A DNA stretch of 63,623 nucleotides, counting the filler, from Reclinomonas americana ATCC 50394 (taxonomy: Eukaryota): assembly GCA_048213135.1 (NCBI GenBank). It is 5 parts of 2 records of this genome, joined end to end, with 100 filler letters (N's around TTAATTAATTAA, not from the genome) between each part and the next. Parts side by side here need not be neighbours in the genome. Positions count along the whole stretch, not along the records: positions 43,431 to 60,965 come from PS015181.1; positions 61,066 to 63,623 come from PS015182.1; 3 more parts are not named here. One strand, written 5' to 3'. Under the pieces are notes generated by a model. It made no database searches. It saw only the letters and a list, made by a program, of their open reading frames with translations, and was not told where the DNA came from. Below are positions 49,168 to 62,627 of this stretch, piece by piece. The position numbers were made by a program, and so were the translations under genes. How positions within the stretch are numbered: position 1 is the stretch's first letter; every line of letters begins with the position of its first letter.

Positions 49168-50813
49168 TCATCGCAACTGCATCTTCCCCTGCTTCTTCGC
49201 CTGCTCCAGCTGCCTCATAATCAACGCCTTTTGCTCCGCCGCCTCCCGCTGCATGGCCTTCCGCTGTGCACACACACACTCATTCAGCACCCTTCCCCTT
49301 CAATCCCCCCATCCCTTCCCCTCCCGCACCTTCTCCACCAACTCCTCCTTCTTGCGCTTCACCTGCTGCGCCCGCGCATCCTCCTCATGAATGCGCTCGA
49401 GATGCTGCTGCCGCCGGTAATCTTCCACCCGCTTCAACCGCTCGATATTCTCCTGCTTCTCCAACTTGTTCAACCGCTCCATTTCCAGCTTGAGCAGCCG
49501 ATCGCGCTCCTGCTTCTCCTTGGCCTGCTGCACCAACATCTCCTCCTCCTGCTGCCGGTGCAGCAGCTCCTGCTTGCGGCTCTCCATCATCTCGTTCATC
49601 TTGCGCAACTTGGCCTTGCGCTCCTCCTCCTTGCGCTCCTCGTACGCCTTGCGCTCCGTCTCCCACTGCTTCATCTCCTCCTCGCGCCTTCTCAGCCGCT
49701 CTTCCATGGCCCCCTGCTGCTCCTCAATCGTCCGCTTCCTCTCCGACTCCACCTGGTGCATGCGCTCCTGCGTCTCCTGAATCTCGCGCGCCTTTTGCTC
49801 GGCACGCTGCTGATTCTGCCGCTTGCGCTCCTCGCGCTCGTGCTCAAACTGCCGACGACGCTCCTCGGTCTGCCGCTGCCGTTCCCGAAACTCCTCGCGC
49901 GCCCGCTCCAGCTGCTCCTTGTCGCGCGACAGCGCCATCTCCACGCGCATCTTGGTGCGCGCCTGCTGCTCGGCCACGGCGCGCGCTCGCTGCTCCTTTT
50001 GCGCGCGAATGTAGTCCTGCCGCTCGCGCTCTCGCTGCTCCATCTCCACCCGCCGCCGCTCCGCCTCCTCCGCCTGCACCTGCTGCTGTCGCNNNNNNNN
50101 NNNNNNNNNNNNNNNNNNNNNNNNNNNNNNNNNNNNNNNNNNNNNNNNNNNNNNNNNNNNNNNNNNNNNNNNNNNNNNNNNNNNNNNNNNNNNNNNNNNN
50201 NNNNNNNNNNNNNNNNNNNNNNNNNNNNNNNNNNNNNNNNNNNNNNNNNNNNNNNNNNNNNNNNNNNNNNNNNNNNNNNNNNNNNNNNNNNNNNNNNNNN
50301 NNNNNNNNNNNNNNNNNNNNNNNNNNNNNNNNNNNNNNNNNNNNNNNNNNNNNNNNNNNNNNNNNNNNNNNNNNNNNNNNNNNNNNNNNNNNNNNNNNNN
50401 NNNNNNNNNNNNNNNNNNNNNNNNNNNNNNNNNNNNNNNNNNNNNNNNNNNNNNNNNNNNNNNNNNNNNNNNNNNNNNNNNNNNNNNNNNNNNNNNNNNN
50501 NNNNNNNNNNNNNNNNNNNNNNNNNNNNNNNNNNNNNNNNNNNNNNNNNNNNNNNNNNNNNNNNNNNNNNNNNNNNNNNNNNNNNNNNNNNNNNNNNNNN
50601 NNNNNNNNNNNNNNNNNNNNNNNNNNNNNNNNNNNNNNNNNNNNNNNNNNNNNNNNNNNNNNNNNNNNNNNNNNNNNNNNNNNNNNNNNNNNNNNNNNNN
50701 NCAGCTGCGCATGCAGAGAGAGAGAGGCAGAGAGTGCGTGTGAGAGAGAGTCATGAGGGGGTCATACACGCCATATGAAGAGCGTAACTGGGAGGAGACG
50801 ACTGGTCACTCAT
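49168..50813 (-). CDS. E/R/K/Q-rich coiled-coil protein (trichohyalin-like composition)
   Basis: Probable start MSDQSSPP (50813); GC-rich coding exon 50092-49330; last exon 49263-49168 ending KMQLR*. Confidence 0.7.
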
Positions 50814-51516
50814 TGGTGGCAAAAAGAAAGTTTCTTTCTTCTCACACTCCCTCTTTTGTGTGTGTGCGTGTGTGCGTGAGGAGGAGGGAGGAGATGCGTG
50901 TGCGCAAGAGAGAGGGAGTGCTGCACAAACACCTCCGCGTGTGTGTGTGTGCGCGCGCGTGTGAGTGTGAGATGTGATGTGCACGATGTCCTGAGAGATA
51001 TCAACGGTTGCATCATCGGAGCTCGACGAATATTGCATGGCGATTGTGTTCGAGAAGGGCGACGAATAGATTGTGGGAGATGCATGGCGCGTCTCCGTTG
51101 TTGGCGTGCAAGGGAGAACGCGCAAAAGGACAAGGGGGAAAGGGCAACAAGGAAAACCAATATCCAGTTTGGCGCGTGAATCCGAATTTGAGGTGCGATT
51201 TTAGTCATGGGTGCCGAGTGGGTTCGGGAATGTGGCGTGTGTTGGAGAGGGTGGTGCTGTTGCTGTGGGGTGGAGTTAGGGGGAAGGTGGTTTCTCCAAG
51301 AATCGAATACGGGCGGAGATCGAACAAAGAGTGCTTCCAATCGTGATCGGTATTCTGAAATGTAACTGGGCGAGGAGGAGGGGGGAAGTGGGGAAAGAGG
51401 AGGAGGGGGTAAAGGGGGAAGGGGTGTAAGCAAGAGTTGAAGGCTTTCTGTGCTGCAGTTCGAATTATGTTGTTTCTGCGGTACAGCAACAACAACAACT
51501 TTCCTAATCCAAACAG

Positions 51517-51680
51517 CGACAACAACAACAATTCATTCACCAACAAACAAGCAACAGCTGTCTTGATGACCAAGTTCAACCGTATCCAAAACATCAACAC
51601 AGACACCAATCTTGAGGCAGCAGCAGGTTCCTTGTGTGCATGTGTTCGCTCTCGGAGCTCAGCGGAGCTCCGAACAAGTC
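51517..51680 (-). mobile_element. Short interspersed repeat, copy 2
   Basis: Reverse-complement match to 25305-25452. Confidence 0.6.
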
Positions 51681-51894
51681 GAGAACTGCGATCTTCACCG
51701 CATAAGCGTGGTTGACCAGTGGATTTGACGCACTTGCATAGACGCATAGCGTTTTCTGCGATTGAAAGCAAACAGCTGCATGCTGATCACCATCTTGAGT
51801 GCGCATCACAAACTGAAACATCACGAAAAAGAGAGAGAAAAAGTCGAGATGGCTACATGCTGGCCACTGCGTTTTTGCAAGAGAAACCACGGCG

Positions 51895-52250
51895 CTGCAG
51901 CAGCAACGACTGTGCTGATTCGCATAGCATTATCAGTGTGTGTCCACTAGCGCCCACTTTATCCGAGACGCCAGCGTAGAAGCGTCGGTCTCTGCAGCTG
52001 GAGCTCGGGGTTTCCTCGTGTTCGAAGTTGCGATTTCGCTGGATCAAACAGCGGCGGCAAAGACTCTGCCGATTCACATAGCATTTTCAGCGTGTGTTCC
52101 ACTGTTGCCTATCGTATCCGCGAAGCCAGCGTAGATCGTCCGTCTCGATAGCTGGAGCCCGGCTGGTTTTTGCATCGTGTTCGAATTCGCGACGTCGCTT
52201 GGAGCAGCAGCAGCGGCAACAAGGGCTCTGCTACTTCCCACAGTATGCAC
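51895..52250. repeat. Degenerate tandem duplication of about 155 bp
   Basis: atccg..gccagcgtaga..gctggagc..cgtgttcgaa occurs twice, with a partial third copy near 52430-52500. Confidence 0.7.
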
Positions 52251-52922
52251 CACAGCATGATACATCATCTTCGTGAATCAGAACCAGAGCTGAGACAATT
52301 CAACAGCCGAACTCGAGCGAGAGAAACTGAGATTTTCAGTTTATGCGTTATCTGCACGAGAAACGCGACAAGCACGGACTCGCAACGAAAGTAACAGCTG
52401 CCTCAAAGTCCCCACTATGACCCGCTGTATCCGTAACACATGCACAGCTCGTTAGAAGCCGGTTTTTCATCGCGTTCGAATTTGAGACACCTGCGACGTC
52501 GCAGCGACTATCCGATTCCGCAGCTGACTCGCCAACTCATCGTGAGTGTGCGCCACATATACGCAGTCGGACCAGGCAGTCAGCTACAGCGAGGCATGGC
52601 ACAAGGCTGCCCACGGAGCAGTTTGAAGTTGACTTCGCGATTCGCGATCGACGTTTGCTTGCATATTTTCAACTCACGAGCCCCGGCCTGCCACAGCCAC
52701 ACGCCCAGTTAACCAGCTCCACCCACGCACACCAAAGCCACGTGGGCTACTGCTGACGTCACATCGTTGCACAGGACACGTGGAATTCGTTTTTTTGTGC
52801 GCGCGAGACAAGATATGGTCGTCATCGATGGTGTGTAACGTGCGAGTGAGTGAGTGAGTGTTCTCTCTGTCTCTCACGCTTGCGCTTCTCGCATCTTTTT
52901 TCTGTCACTTGTCTCTTTGTGC

Positions 52923-53032
<110 letters not shown>

Positions 53033-53627
53033 NNNNNNNNNNNNNNNNNNNNNNNNNNNNNNNNNNNNNNNNNNNNNNNNNNNNNNNNNNNNNNNNNNNN
53101 NNNNNNNNNNNNNNNNNNNNNNNNNNNNNNNNNNNNNNNNNNNNNNNNNNNNNNNNNNNNNNNNNNNNNNNNNNNNNNNNNNNNNNNNNNNNNNNNNNNN
53201 NNNNNNNNNNNNNNNNNNNNNNNNNNNNNNNNNNNNNNNNNNNNNNNNNNNNNNNNNNNNNNNNNNNNNNNNNNNNNNNNNNNNNNNNNNNNNNNNNNNN
53301 NNNNNNNNNNNNNNNNNNNNNNNNNNNNNNNNNNNNNNNNNNNNNNNNNNNNNNNNNNNNNNNNNNNNNNNNNNNNNNNNNNNNNNNNNNNNNNNNNNNN
53401 NNNNNNNNNNNNNNNNNNNNNNNNNNNNNNNNNNNNNNNNNNNNNNNNNNNNNNNNNNNNNNNNNNNNNNNNNNNNNNNNNNNNNNNNNNNNNNNNNNNN
53501 NNNNNNNNNNNNNNNNNNNNNNNNNNNNNNNNNNNNNNNNNNNNNNNNNNNNNNNNNNNNNNNNNNNNNNNNNNNNNNNNNNNNNNNNNNNNNNNNNNNN
53601 NNNNNNNNNNNNNNNNNNNNNNNNNNN

Positions 53628-54510
53628 CCAGCGCCGGCGTGCTCAGCGATCGCATGATGTCGGCATCCTCACGCGCCTGACGAGCCAGGAGCTCTTGCGC
53701 CAGCGTACGCTGCATGCCAAGCAACTCCAGCTGCTGCGCACGGAAGCGCGCCAGCATGCGCGCCTCCTCCTCCATGGAGGCCGGAGCAGCCACCGCGGGC
53801 GCCTGCTGCCGCTGCTGCTCCTGGTGCTGCTGATCCGCATGCATTCGCCGCTGAATGAGCTGCTGCATGTGACCCGAGGGACTCGCCGGTGACAGCATCT
53901 GCTGCTGCTGAGGCTGTTGAGGCGGCGATTGCTGCTGCTGCTGCTGCTGCTGCGCCGTCACCAACACGGCCGCTGCACTGCCGCCAGTGGTGGTCAGCTG
54001 TCGCTGACTGAGCATGCGCACACGCTCCTGCTGCTGTCGCAGTGCCTCGTTGGCCGCCGACGGCGACTGCGCTTGCGCAGGCGCCATCGCTGCGGGTGAC
54101 GCTGCGGGTGGTCGTGGCGAGGGCGACACCATTGTTGGCGGCGCCACTGTTGTCGTGCCATTCGGTCGCAACGCCGGCACACTGCCACCGTTGCTGCTGG
54201 CATTGTCGTTGGAGTTGGGCGTGCCACTGTTGGTGGTGGTGGCGGCGGTGGGCGTGGTCGACGGCGTCGCTGCGCAGTGCATCACTGAGACGAATGTTCC
54301 GGTGGCGCGAATCTCGAATGCACACACACACACACTCACCTGTTGTCGCCTTGAGCTCCATCATCGCCTCTGCATCGTCCGGGTTCAACAGCACACCCGG
54401 CGAGCTCGATTTCTGCGCGGGCGCACGTGAGGAGGGAAGGCGACAGGCATGGAGATGGACAGAGAGTGTGAGTGTGAGTGCAGATTGCTCACCGACGCAC
54501 AGCAACCCAT
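53628..54510 (-). CDS. Gln/Ala-rich protein starting MGCCAS (dual-acylation motif); partial, continues into a gap
   Basis: Exons 54510-54493, 54412-54340 and 54269-gap; phases consistent. Confidence 0.7.
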
Positions 54511-54785
54511 TTCCTGCTTTGCTCTCTCTCGTGCGGGGGCGTGCAAACAAACAACAAGGAATGGCGACGGGAGAAATGAAGAGGAGCAACACGGAACGTC
54601 CCGCGGTGGCAGTGGAACAAATGTAGCTGCCGCCATCGCGAGCAGTTTCCAGACGTTTCAATTCTCTCTTTCACTACAGCGTGTCTCTCTGTGTGTGTGG
54701 GGGTAAATAGGAGTGAGCGTTGTGACGTTGAGAGTTTGCGTGTGAGTGTGTGTGTGTGTGTGTGTGGTCCACTGTGTACCAGCCG

Positions 54786-57700
54786 ATGAACGCGGCGGTG
54801 GCCAACTGGGTGAGTTTCACTGCACAGTTCGTTTTATTTTTCTCTTTATGTTGGCTGATCAGTGTCCATCGCCACATCAGGGAGATCGCAATCTCCTCGA
54901 GGCACTTCGCGTGCAAGAGGAGGAGTTGGCAGGCACTGACGACAGTTGCATTCACTCACACACGCGCGCACATAGAAGCAAGAAACACTCACTCACACGT
55001 ACACACACTCTCATGACACAGCTCGCCACTTGGCGCTGGTTCGTCGCTTCCTGGCAGACTGGCGCAGCAGTCCGTCGTGCTCACCGCACACGCGTGAGCT
55101 TCTGGTGGCGTTTGATCGCGACGCTCGGCTGCTGGCGTCTCGAGTTACTTGATGACGACTGATGGATTGCTGTTTGTATGCATCAGTCCTGATTTTGTGT
55201 TGGCGTGCAGAGGCACCAAATTCTGCCCTTTTTCCGCAAGCTGCGACAGGACATTCAGGTGGCGGTGGAGTTCTTCAGGCGAGCGGTGACCGTGTCGGCG
55301 TGTTTGCGACCGCTGCGCTCCGACGATTATCCACATCGCGACGGCGTGATGCAGTCGACCATCAGTCTGTTGCCCGACGGCCGGACGGTGCGCGCACGAT
55401 GCACCGCCGGCGACGGCAGCAGCTCTCCCTCGTCCGGGAATGGATGGTCGGAGACCTACAGCTTTGACATGGCGTTCACCGCCGAGACGACGACGAGCAC
55501 GGTGTTCGAAGAGTGTGTGCAACCGAATATCGACAACCTGCTGACGGGATCGCCGCTCACTGTCATCGCCATCGGCCCGCCACACGTGGGCAAGACCTCG
55601 CTACTCAAGGGTCGGCCCGGACAGGGGCCTGGACTCGTCTCGCTGCTGGCCAATAATCTGTTTCAGCAGCTGGAGCCACCGCGCGTGCGGGTATTCTCGT
55701 TGCGCGCTGCCTTTTTACGCGTGTATGCCAACCAAGTCACGGATCTGCTGGCCGGCGACGAGCGGGTCGGCATCAACTCTCCGCAGATTGGCGTGCCGCA
55801 GTCGTGCACCTGGGCTCGTGTGGAGAAGGCCGACGACATCACATCGGTGTATGGCCTCGGTCGTCGCTGCCTGAAAGCCTTTTCGCGATCGACGCTGCCG
55901 GCCGGCGTTCCCGATCGCAGTCAGCTCTTGTTCGTGATCGACGGCAGTGTGGAGACGATATCCGACGACGGCACGTACGTGCGTGAGGTGCCGCTGACTG
56001 TGAACGTGGTCGATGTGGCCACCATTGCCGTTGTTTCGTACCCGATATACTGTGTGTTGCCTGAGGTATCGTACACGCATCTGATGTGGTTGCGCAGAAG
56101 GCACAGCGGACATCTCCGAAACGTGGCGCAGACGACGGTGCGGTGATAGATGACGACCCCGTCGAAGTTGCCGCGGTTGACACCACAGTTCGTGGTCTCT
56201 TGTCCATGCTTCGTCGAGTTGGTCGCGCAGTTCCGTACAGACAGACCGCATTTCCGTTTTCGCCGTTATCGAAAAACTCTTTTCGCTCACACTGCGAGTT
56301 TACCATTGCCCCCTTTCCACACACACACACACACACATACACGCGCGCACTCTCGCATTAGTCTTCGTTTGACGAGGCCGCAGCCAAGATCGACGCGAGA
56401 CCGACGCCGCAAGAGTCGTCGTCGCTGCTGTGCCAGTTGCTGCGACCGGCGCTCTCGAGTGCCTCCGCCACTTCGTGCTCGGTGATTGTGTGTGCCGACA
56501 CAACGGAACCGAGTGTGCAGACGACGCTGGCCACGCTACGCTTTGGAGACTCGTTACGTGTTCGAGACTTCCCATTTCTTTTTCTTTTTATACGTACCGT
56601 TACGCGCACGCAACTTTTCTCTCATTTTTAATCTTTCGGCGAGCAACAACACCCGTTGCATCACATTCGCCTGCGCACCTTTTTTTCTCGCCACCGTGGT
56701 GACTGCATCGCCGCACTCGTCTCTCCTCGTGGGTGTGTGGTGTGTCAGAGTGTGTGTGTGAGAGAGAGAGAGGGAGAGTCTTCGGCGTCGCTGCCGTTGA
56801 ACAGGCGTTGATATTGACGCTTGTGTACGCAGATTGAGATCGTCGTCGTCGTCATCGTCGACCGCTGCAGCGCGCTCGCAGGAGCTGCTACTTGCATCAA
56901 GCGGCACGATGGAGTCACTCGGTGCTGACGATGTGCGTCGTGGCATGCGACACATGGCGGCCACTGGAGGCGAGGCCGCGTTTCACGAACGGTTGAGCGA
57001 GGTGTTGTCGCAGTATGCGACCATGCTGGGCAGTGCACCACCCCATCGACCCGAGTACGAGGTGGCGCCAGTGACTGTGCTGCCGCCTCGGAGATCTTCG
57101 GGTGGGTTGTCATCGTCGCTGCCACCGATTGCCGGTGCTGCGACTGACGACGTCAGACCTCCGCTGTTGCCGACAGTCTCGTTCCTTGATCGTGGTGCGT
57201 GCGTGCGTGTCAGCCAGGTGTGCCAGCGCAGTGCGAGGTGCTGATTCGCGTGTTGTCTTGCAGGAGACGGTCGCCTCTTCAGGGACACCTCTGTGGGGCA
57301 GTTGTTGAAGGCGAATGGTGGTGGCGGCTATGAGGAAGAAGACATGTCGGCGCTGCCGCCAGTGCATCAACAGCAGCCGGCGGGCGGAGGAAACTTGAAC
57401 AGCACGTGGAATTCAACACGCTCCGAGCCACACCTCTCGCGGTCCCCCTCACCCGTGGCCACCGCGTCGCCGTACGGGACGCCGCAGACGCTGCCCGGTC
57501 GACCTGCACGTCGTGGCAAGGGCGCTCGGCAGAACAGCAGTGAGGGTGTGCAGTTCCTCGACCGTGTACGCGAACGCATCGTTCGCGGTGTACAAGGAGA
57601 CCACACCCCGCTGCTGCACGACTCGGCCTCGCCAATCCCCGTTTCACGTGGTTCGGCCTCGCCGTCGCCCATTCGCGGCTCGATGCTCCTCGATGGATTT

Positions 57701-60700
57701 GCCAGCAACGGCAGTGGAGATCGCCGCGGATTACCAGCGTCGCCACAACTGTCACCGATCCAACCATCACGGTCGTCAAGGAGAGCTGACAGCGACATTG
57801 TGTTGCAGCATCAGAATCATCACCACCATCACCATCACCATCACCACCACCATCATGTCAACGGAGGCTCGCGTGCGACGAGCCGTTCACACCACCTGCC
57901 CAAGGTGGATGTGAGCGGCAGGTTACCGCGCTCGTCGAGACATGTGGCGGAGTCGTTTAGCCTGCTCGTGCAGCGGCTTCCCATCTCAGCCTTTGACTTG
58001 CTGCAGTTTGTGCGTGGTGAGCGCGACATGGTGCCACTCTTTCTGGCGGCACCCGATCCGCTCGCTCGTGTGGCTGCCATTATCTCCACACCACTCTCGG
58101 CGTTCCGTTCGCCCTCACTGCTGCTCCTGGCCAGTCTCATGGACAGCGATGATGGTTTGCAATCGAGTGTCCTCTCGTCTTGCGTACGAGCGATATGCCT
58201 CACCAGGGTTCCTGCAGGCTTCCGCGTGGCCGAGGTCATTGCCGACTTTCATGCTGCCGTCCTGCAGACTGCGGGTGACATGCTGACCAACACCGACGAT
58301 GTGGAGCTCCAGCGCGACGCGGCCTTCATGCTGGAGAAGTTTGTGCAGTGCACTCGTCGCCGTTGCGTGCAGCCTACTGCGTTCTGCTCGTTGAGGCGGT
58401 GATTTCTAACCTGCGTGAGTTGCCACCACTACAGTACCGAGTAGGGCCAACGAGGCGATGCAACAGAGTGTGCTTTCGGCATTACCGGTGTGTCTGGCCA
58501 CGCACTCGGATGCACAACTGCGATCTTCTTGTCTGAGCATTCTGGCGACTCTGCTGGATAATGGTAAGCACTCACCAGCGCACTTGTGTAGCCCCTGTTC
58601 TCTTTTACTGACTTGTTCCACAAATGCAGTTCCATCCGTGTTCACGGAGCCGGTGGTAAAACCGATAGCGAACGCGTTGTTGAAGCACTTGCCGACGGCA
58701 GTTGGTTCCACCAAGGCGCTCATGGTGGCCAACATTCTGCACTTTTGGATTCGTGGATTCGAAGATGCGTTCGCTGGTGGCAAGGGAAAGAACCGCGTGT
58801 TGGTTGCCGTCGCGGAGGCTGTTGCCGAGTTGCACCGCAATGCCGAAAATGCCGCCGCCCTCTCGCCAGCCGAGTGTGCCAAGGCAGCCGAAGCCAGGCG
58901 CACGCTCACCGCGGCTATCACTCATTTGCTGGAACTAAGTTTCGTCGCTACTTGCTCGCGATCGCCCGCCCGCCCACCGCACATCCGAGTCACTCAGCTG
59001 GCTCACCACTGCACATGTCACGTGATCTCACAGAACCGGTGGTGGCTGGCGTGTTGGAGAGTGCCAGCATGCATGACTCNNNNNNNNNNNNNNNNNNNNN
59101 NNNNNNNNNNNNNNNNNNNNNNNNNNNNNNNNNNNNNNNNNNNNNNNNNNNNNNNNNNNNNNNNNNNNNNNNNNNNNNNNNNNNNNNNNNNNNNNNNNNN
59201 NNNNNNNNNNNNNNNNNNNNNNNNNNNNNNNNNNNNNNNNNNNNNNNNNNNNNNNNNNNNNNNNNNNNNNNNNNNNNNNNNNNNNNNNNNNNNNNNNNNN
59301 NNNNNNNNNNNNNNNNNNNNNNNNNNNNNNNNNNNNNNNNNNNNNNNNNNNNNNNNNNNNNNNNNNNNNNNNNNNNNNNNNNNNNNNNNNNNNNNNNNNN
59401 NNNNNNNNNNNNNNNNNNNNNNNNNNNNNNNNNNNNNNNNNNNNNNNNNNNNNNNNNNNNNNNNNNNNNNNNNNNNNNNNNNNNNNNNNNNNNNNNNNNN
59501 NNNNNNNNNNNNNNNNNNNNNNNNNNNNNNNNNNNNNNNNNNNNNNNNNNNNNNNNNNNNNNNNNNNNNNNNNNNNNNNNNNNNNNNNNNNNNNNNNNNN
59601 NNNNNNNNNNNNNNNNNNNNNNNNNNNNNNNNNNNNNNNNNNNNNNNNNNNNNNNNNNNNNNNNNNNNNNNNNNNNNNNNNNNNNNNNNNNNNNNNNNNN
59701 NACCTTGCGGCTTTCTACACAGTTCTGCCGACTTCATCGAGCTCATCGATGTTTTTTTGTGCAGACTACACCTCAGCCAGACACCATCATCGCGTATAAG
59801 TTTGTGCTGTTGTCTGACGCACCATTACGAGTGCGTGTGGACGACATTTCTCGACAGCAAGCCACATCGCAATGGTACAGACGCAAGTACGAGGGCGAGT
59901 GGCCTCTGCGAGCAGCAGTTGGCGACTTGGATATTGCCACGCAGATCCGCTGCAATGCGCAACTGATTCTGCCGGCGGCCGACAACCCTGCAGTGGAGAG
60001 CACGCCTGTGTTTGTGTCGCTGCGATCCACTGTGCCAATCAGTGTGCCGTATCGTCTTGGTATCGTGCAGCATCACTTGTATGGTGAGGAGGATGAGAGA
60101 TGCGAGCCTCGTTAACGAGGGCAGACATGCTTACTCGAGAATGCAGGTGGGATGCGCTTCCTTGGAGAGGCCACTATGGATGACATTGTGGGCAAGGAGC
60201 CACACGAGTCGGAGAGTTGTGTGATCGACTGGTGGCATTTGAGTATGCCCATCAAGAAACAAACTCACCGTCTTCCGCAGTTGCCTTGAGTCTGAATGTG
60301 GATCGCTCGCTCGACACGTACTTTGTCCCCGTACTACCTCCCGACGGCGAGGGACTGGCGGCATCGACATTGCCACCGTGGGAACTGGAGGTCTTCAGCA
60401 CAGCCAATCTGCCGCTGCGGACATCTGGTGTGCCGGCCACGGAGTGGACAGTCACCATCAAGGAGGTGCGACTGGTTGCCGACAGAGTGGAGTGTCATTA
60501 GCAACACGTGCTCATGCTTGCATTCCACCACGCCACAGTTTACGCTCTCGACGATGCCGCTGACAATTTCAGGTCACCGCGACGGCAACGGAGTCGTGTT
60601 CCAGCCACTGGGTGTACACATCAAGGCGGTGGAGTTGGTCGGCAGAGACGGTTCGTGTAGGGAGTGTTTGTTGCGGTAGTGTACCAACAGTGTCTCACTG

Positions 60701-61693
60701 GCCAGTTGCACGCTTTGCAGCCGACTCGACGTGGACACTGCCGCTAACGGCCGCTGGCCTTGGAGGTGTGTGCAAGGAGGACAAAAAATCCTCAATGGTC
60801 ACCAACGCTGATTTGTGTGCCGCCGCTGCAGTACCTGAACTGGTGCAACTCTCTCTTTCGGGAGCCACATACCACGTGCAGCTAACTGATCCGTCGCTGT
60901 CTGCCACCAACGACGCGACGCCGCGGTACATGGTGCTCCTCTCCAACGTGCCCCTCACTGTGATTNNNNNNNNNNNNNNNNNNNNNNNNNNNNNNNNNNN
61001 NNNNNNNNNTTAATTAATTAANNNNNNNNNNNNNNNNNNNNNNNNNNNNNNNNNNNNNNNNNNNNCCCTGTTGGCCGATTTGAACATTGCCAAGCGCCGC
61101 GTCCACGTGAGTAGTAATGGATTGTGCGCGCACACACACACCAACAGCGCTCTGCTCACCCACCCACCCCACGAACCACGCAGCGTGAGCGCGATGACAC
61201 ACTCGAGTCGGTGACGGAGTTGTTGGACGACGTGCTGCAGGAAAGAAAACGAGTTGCGTTCATCGCTTATGTGGACGCTCGTCCTGGTGTCTCACGACAT
61301 GTGCAGGTGGAGGCGCAACTGGCGGCAGATCTGGAGCGCTCGACGCGAATCAAGGTGGATGTGGAGCGACGCGACGACTTTGGATCGGGCGACAAGGCGC
61401 TCGGTCTGCTGCCGTACGTGCAGAACCTGGAGCGCACGCTCAGCATGAGCGACGATCGCCTCCAGTGGCAAGTGGACGAACTGATGGAGCGCACAGTGGG
61501 CGTCTTCTCAGAGCTGCACAAGAACTTGGCCGAGTTGCAGACGCTGGAGAGCCAGCGCATCGCCCTCAACCTACGCTCTCGGTATGTCGTGGATCACGCA
61601 CACACTAACGAGCACGACAGCCTGCTCACTGCATGCATCATCCTCCTCCCCACTCGCAGCGAACCGAGCCCTGTACACCACGGTGACGATTGA
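54786..61693 (+). CDS. Degenerate kinesin motor fused to a disordered/poly-His region, helical repeats, calpain-III-like domains and a C-terminal coiled coil
   Basis: Kinesin hallmarks VTVSACLRP, YSFDMAF, GPPHVGKT, FLRVYANQVTDLL, LLCQLLRPAL, TLATLRFG; phase-2 join 56552/56833 links the motor to the tail; continuity across the gap and linker is inferred. Confidence 0.7.
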
Positions 61694-61795
61694 AACCCCC
61701 CACGCCACTTTCTTTCGTTGTCTACACGCTTCAATAGCTGAACGAGGCAGCGGCCGCCGATCCTGCCGGTCTTCTTGACTCCTCTACCTCGTGTT

Positions 61796-62376
61796 TCACT
61801 GCGACTCGCACTGGGTAAGCCGAAACGGAAGGAGGCGCACTCTGTGCACATAGACGCAACACCAAAACGCGGGATCCTGATGCACGCCGAGTGCCACTCG
61901 CAGCGCTCGGAACTTGGTAATGAGCTGCTCATACAGCTCCACCAGCTGCTCATGCTGCGACTCCTCCAGTGGGAACGCCGCCAGCAGCTCAGTCAGCTTG
62001 TTCAGTTGCCTCCGTGTGCTGTGTAATGGCAGAGAGGTGAGCAGACTCGGCGAGAACAAGAACAGCAAGAGAGACCGACCGCTCAGGAAAGGCGTCGGGT
62101 GATTGCCGAATGCGCGCCTGCAACACCTCGACAATGCCCTGCACAAAGCCGACATCTTCACCGAGTGACAGGCCTGCTCCACACATGCACACACGCGCGT
62201 GAATGAGTGGAGCAGAGGACACGCACAGAGAGAGCGAAGAGTGAGTGGTCACCTTTGGAGAGACCCAATCGATGCCCGTCCACGCGTCCCTCAAGCCGAC
62301 CATGTTCCACGCCATCCGCGTACCCGCCAGCACGCCACTCGTCTTCTGCATCGCCTTGACCACTGAAGGGATCCAT
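61796..62376 (-). CDS. LTO1: LTO1/ORAOV1 (Yae1_N domain) Fe-S targeting adaptor
   Basis: Exon 62376-62253 GYADGVEHGRLEGRVDGHRLGLSK (GX3 repeats); 62173-62080 GLSLGEDVGFVQG; 62018 onward LLAAFP..LITKFRAL..LG; exact stop uncertain. Confidence 0.8.
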
Positions 62377-62627
62377 GGCACACACACAGTCAGAGATAAG
62401 AGGAGAGAGAGAAGAGTGATGCTCGCTTTGTCTCTCACTGTCTCTGTTGCAAGTGTGGTGAGCAACGGCTCGGCTTCTTGTCTCTCTTGTCTCGCTATCC
62501 CTTGCTACTTGCCCCACTGTCTATCTATCAACGCGTGCGCGTGTGTATGCGTCTCTCTCTGTCTCTCTCCACTGAGAAAGATCTCAAGTTCGTTACGTTT
62601 TTGGCGCGCAGATTGTGAACACGTGTG

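Noticed and set aside
50990-52700. Possible further minus-strand exons of the MGCCAS gene
   Set aside because: No consistent frame or recognisable homology could be established by eye
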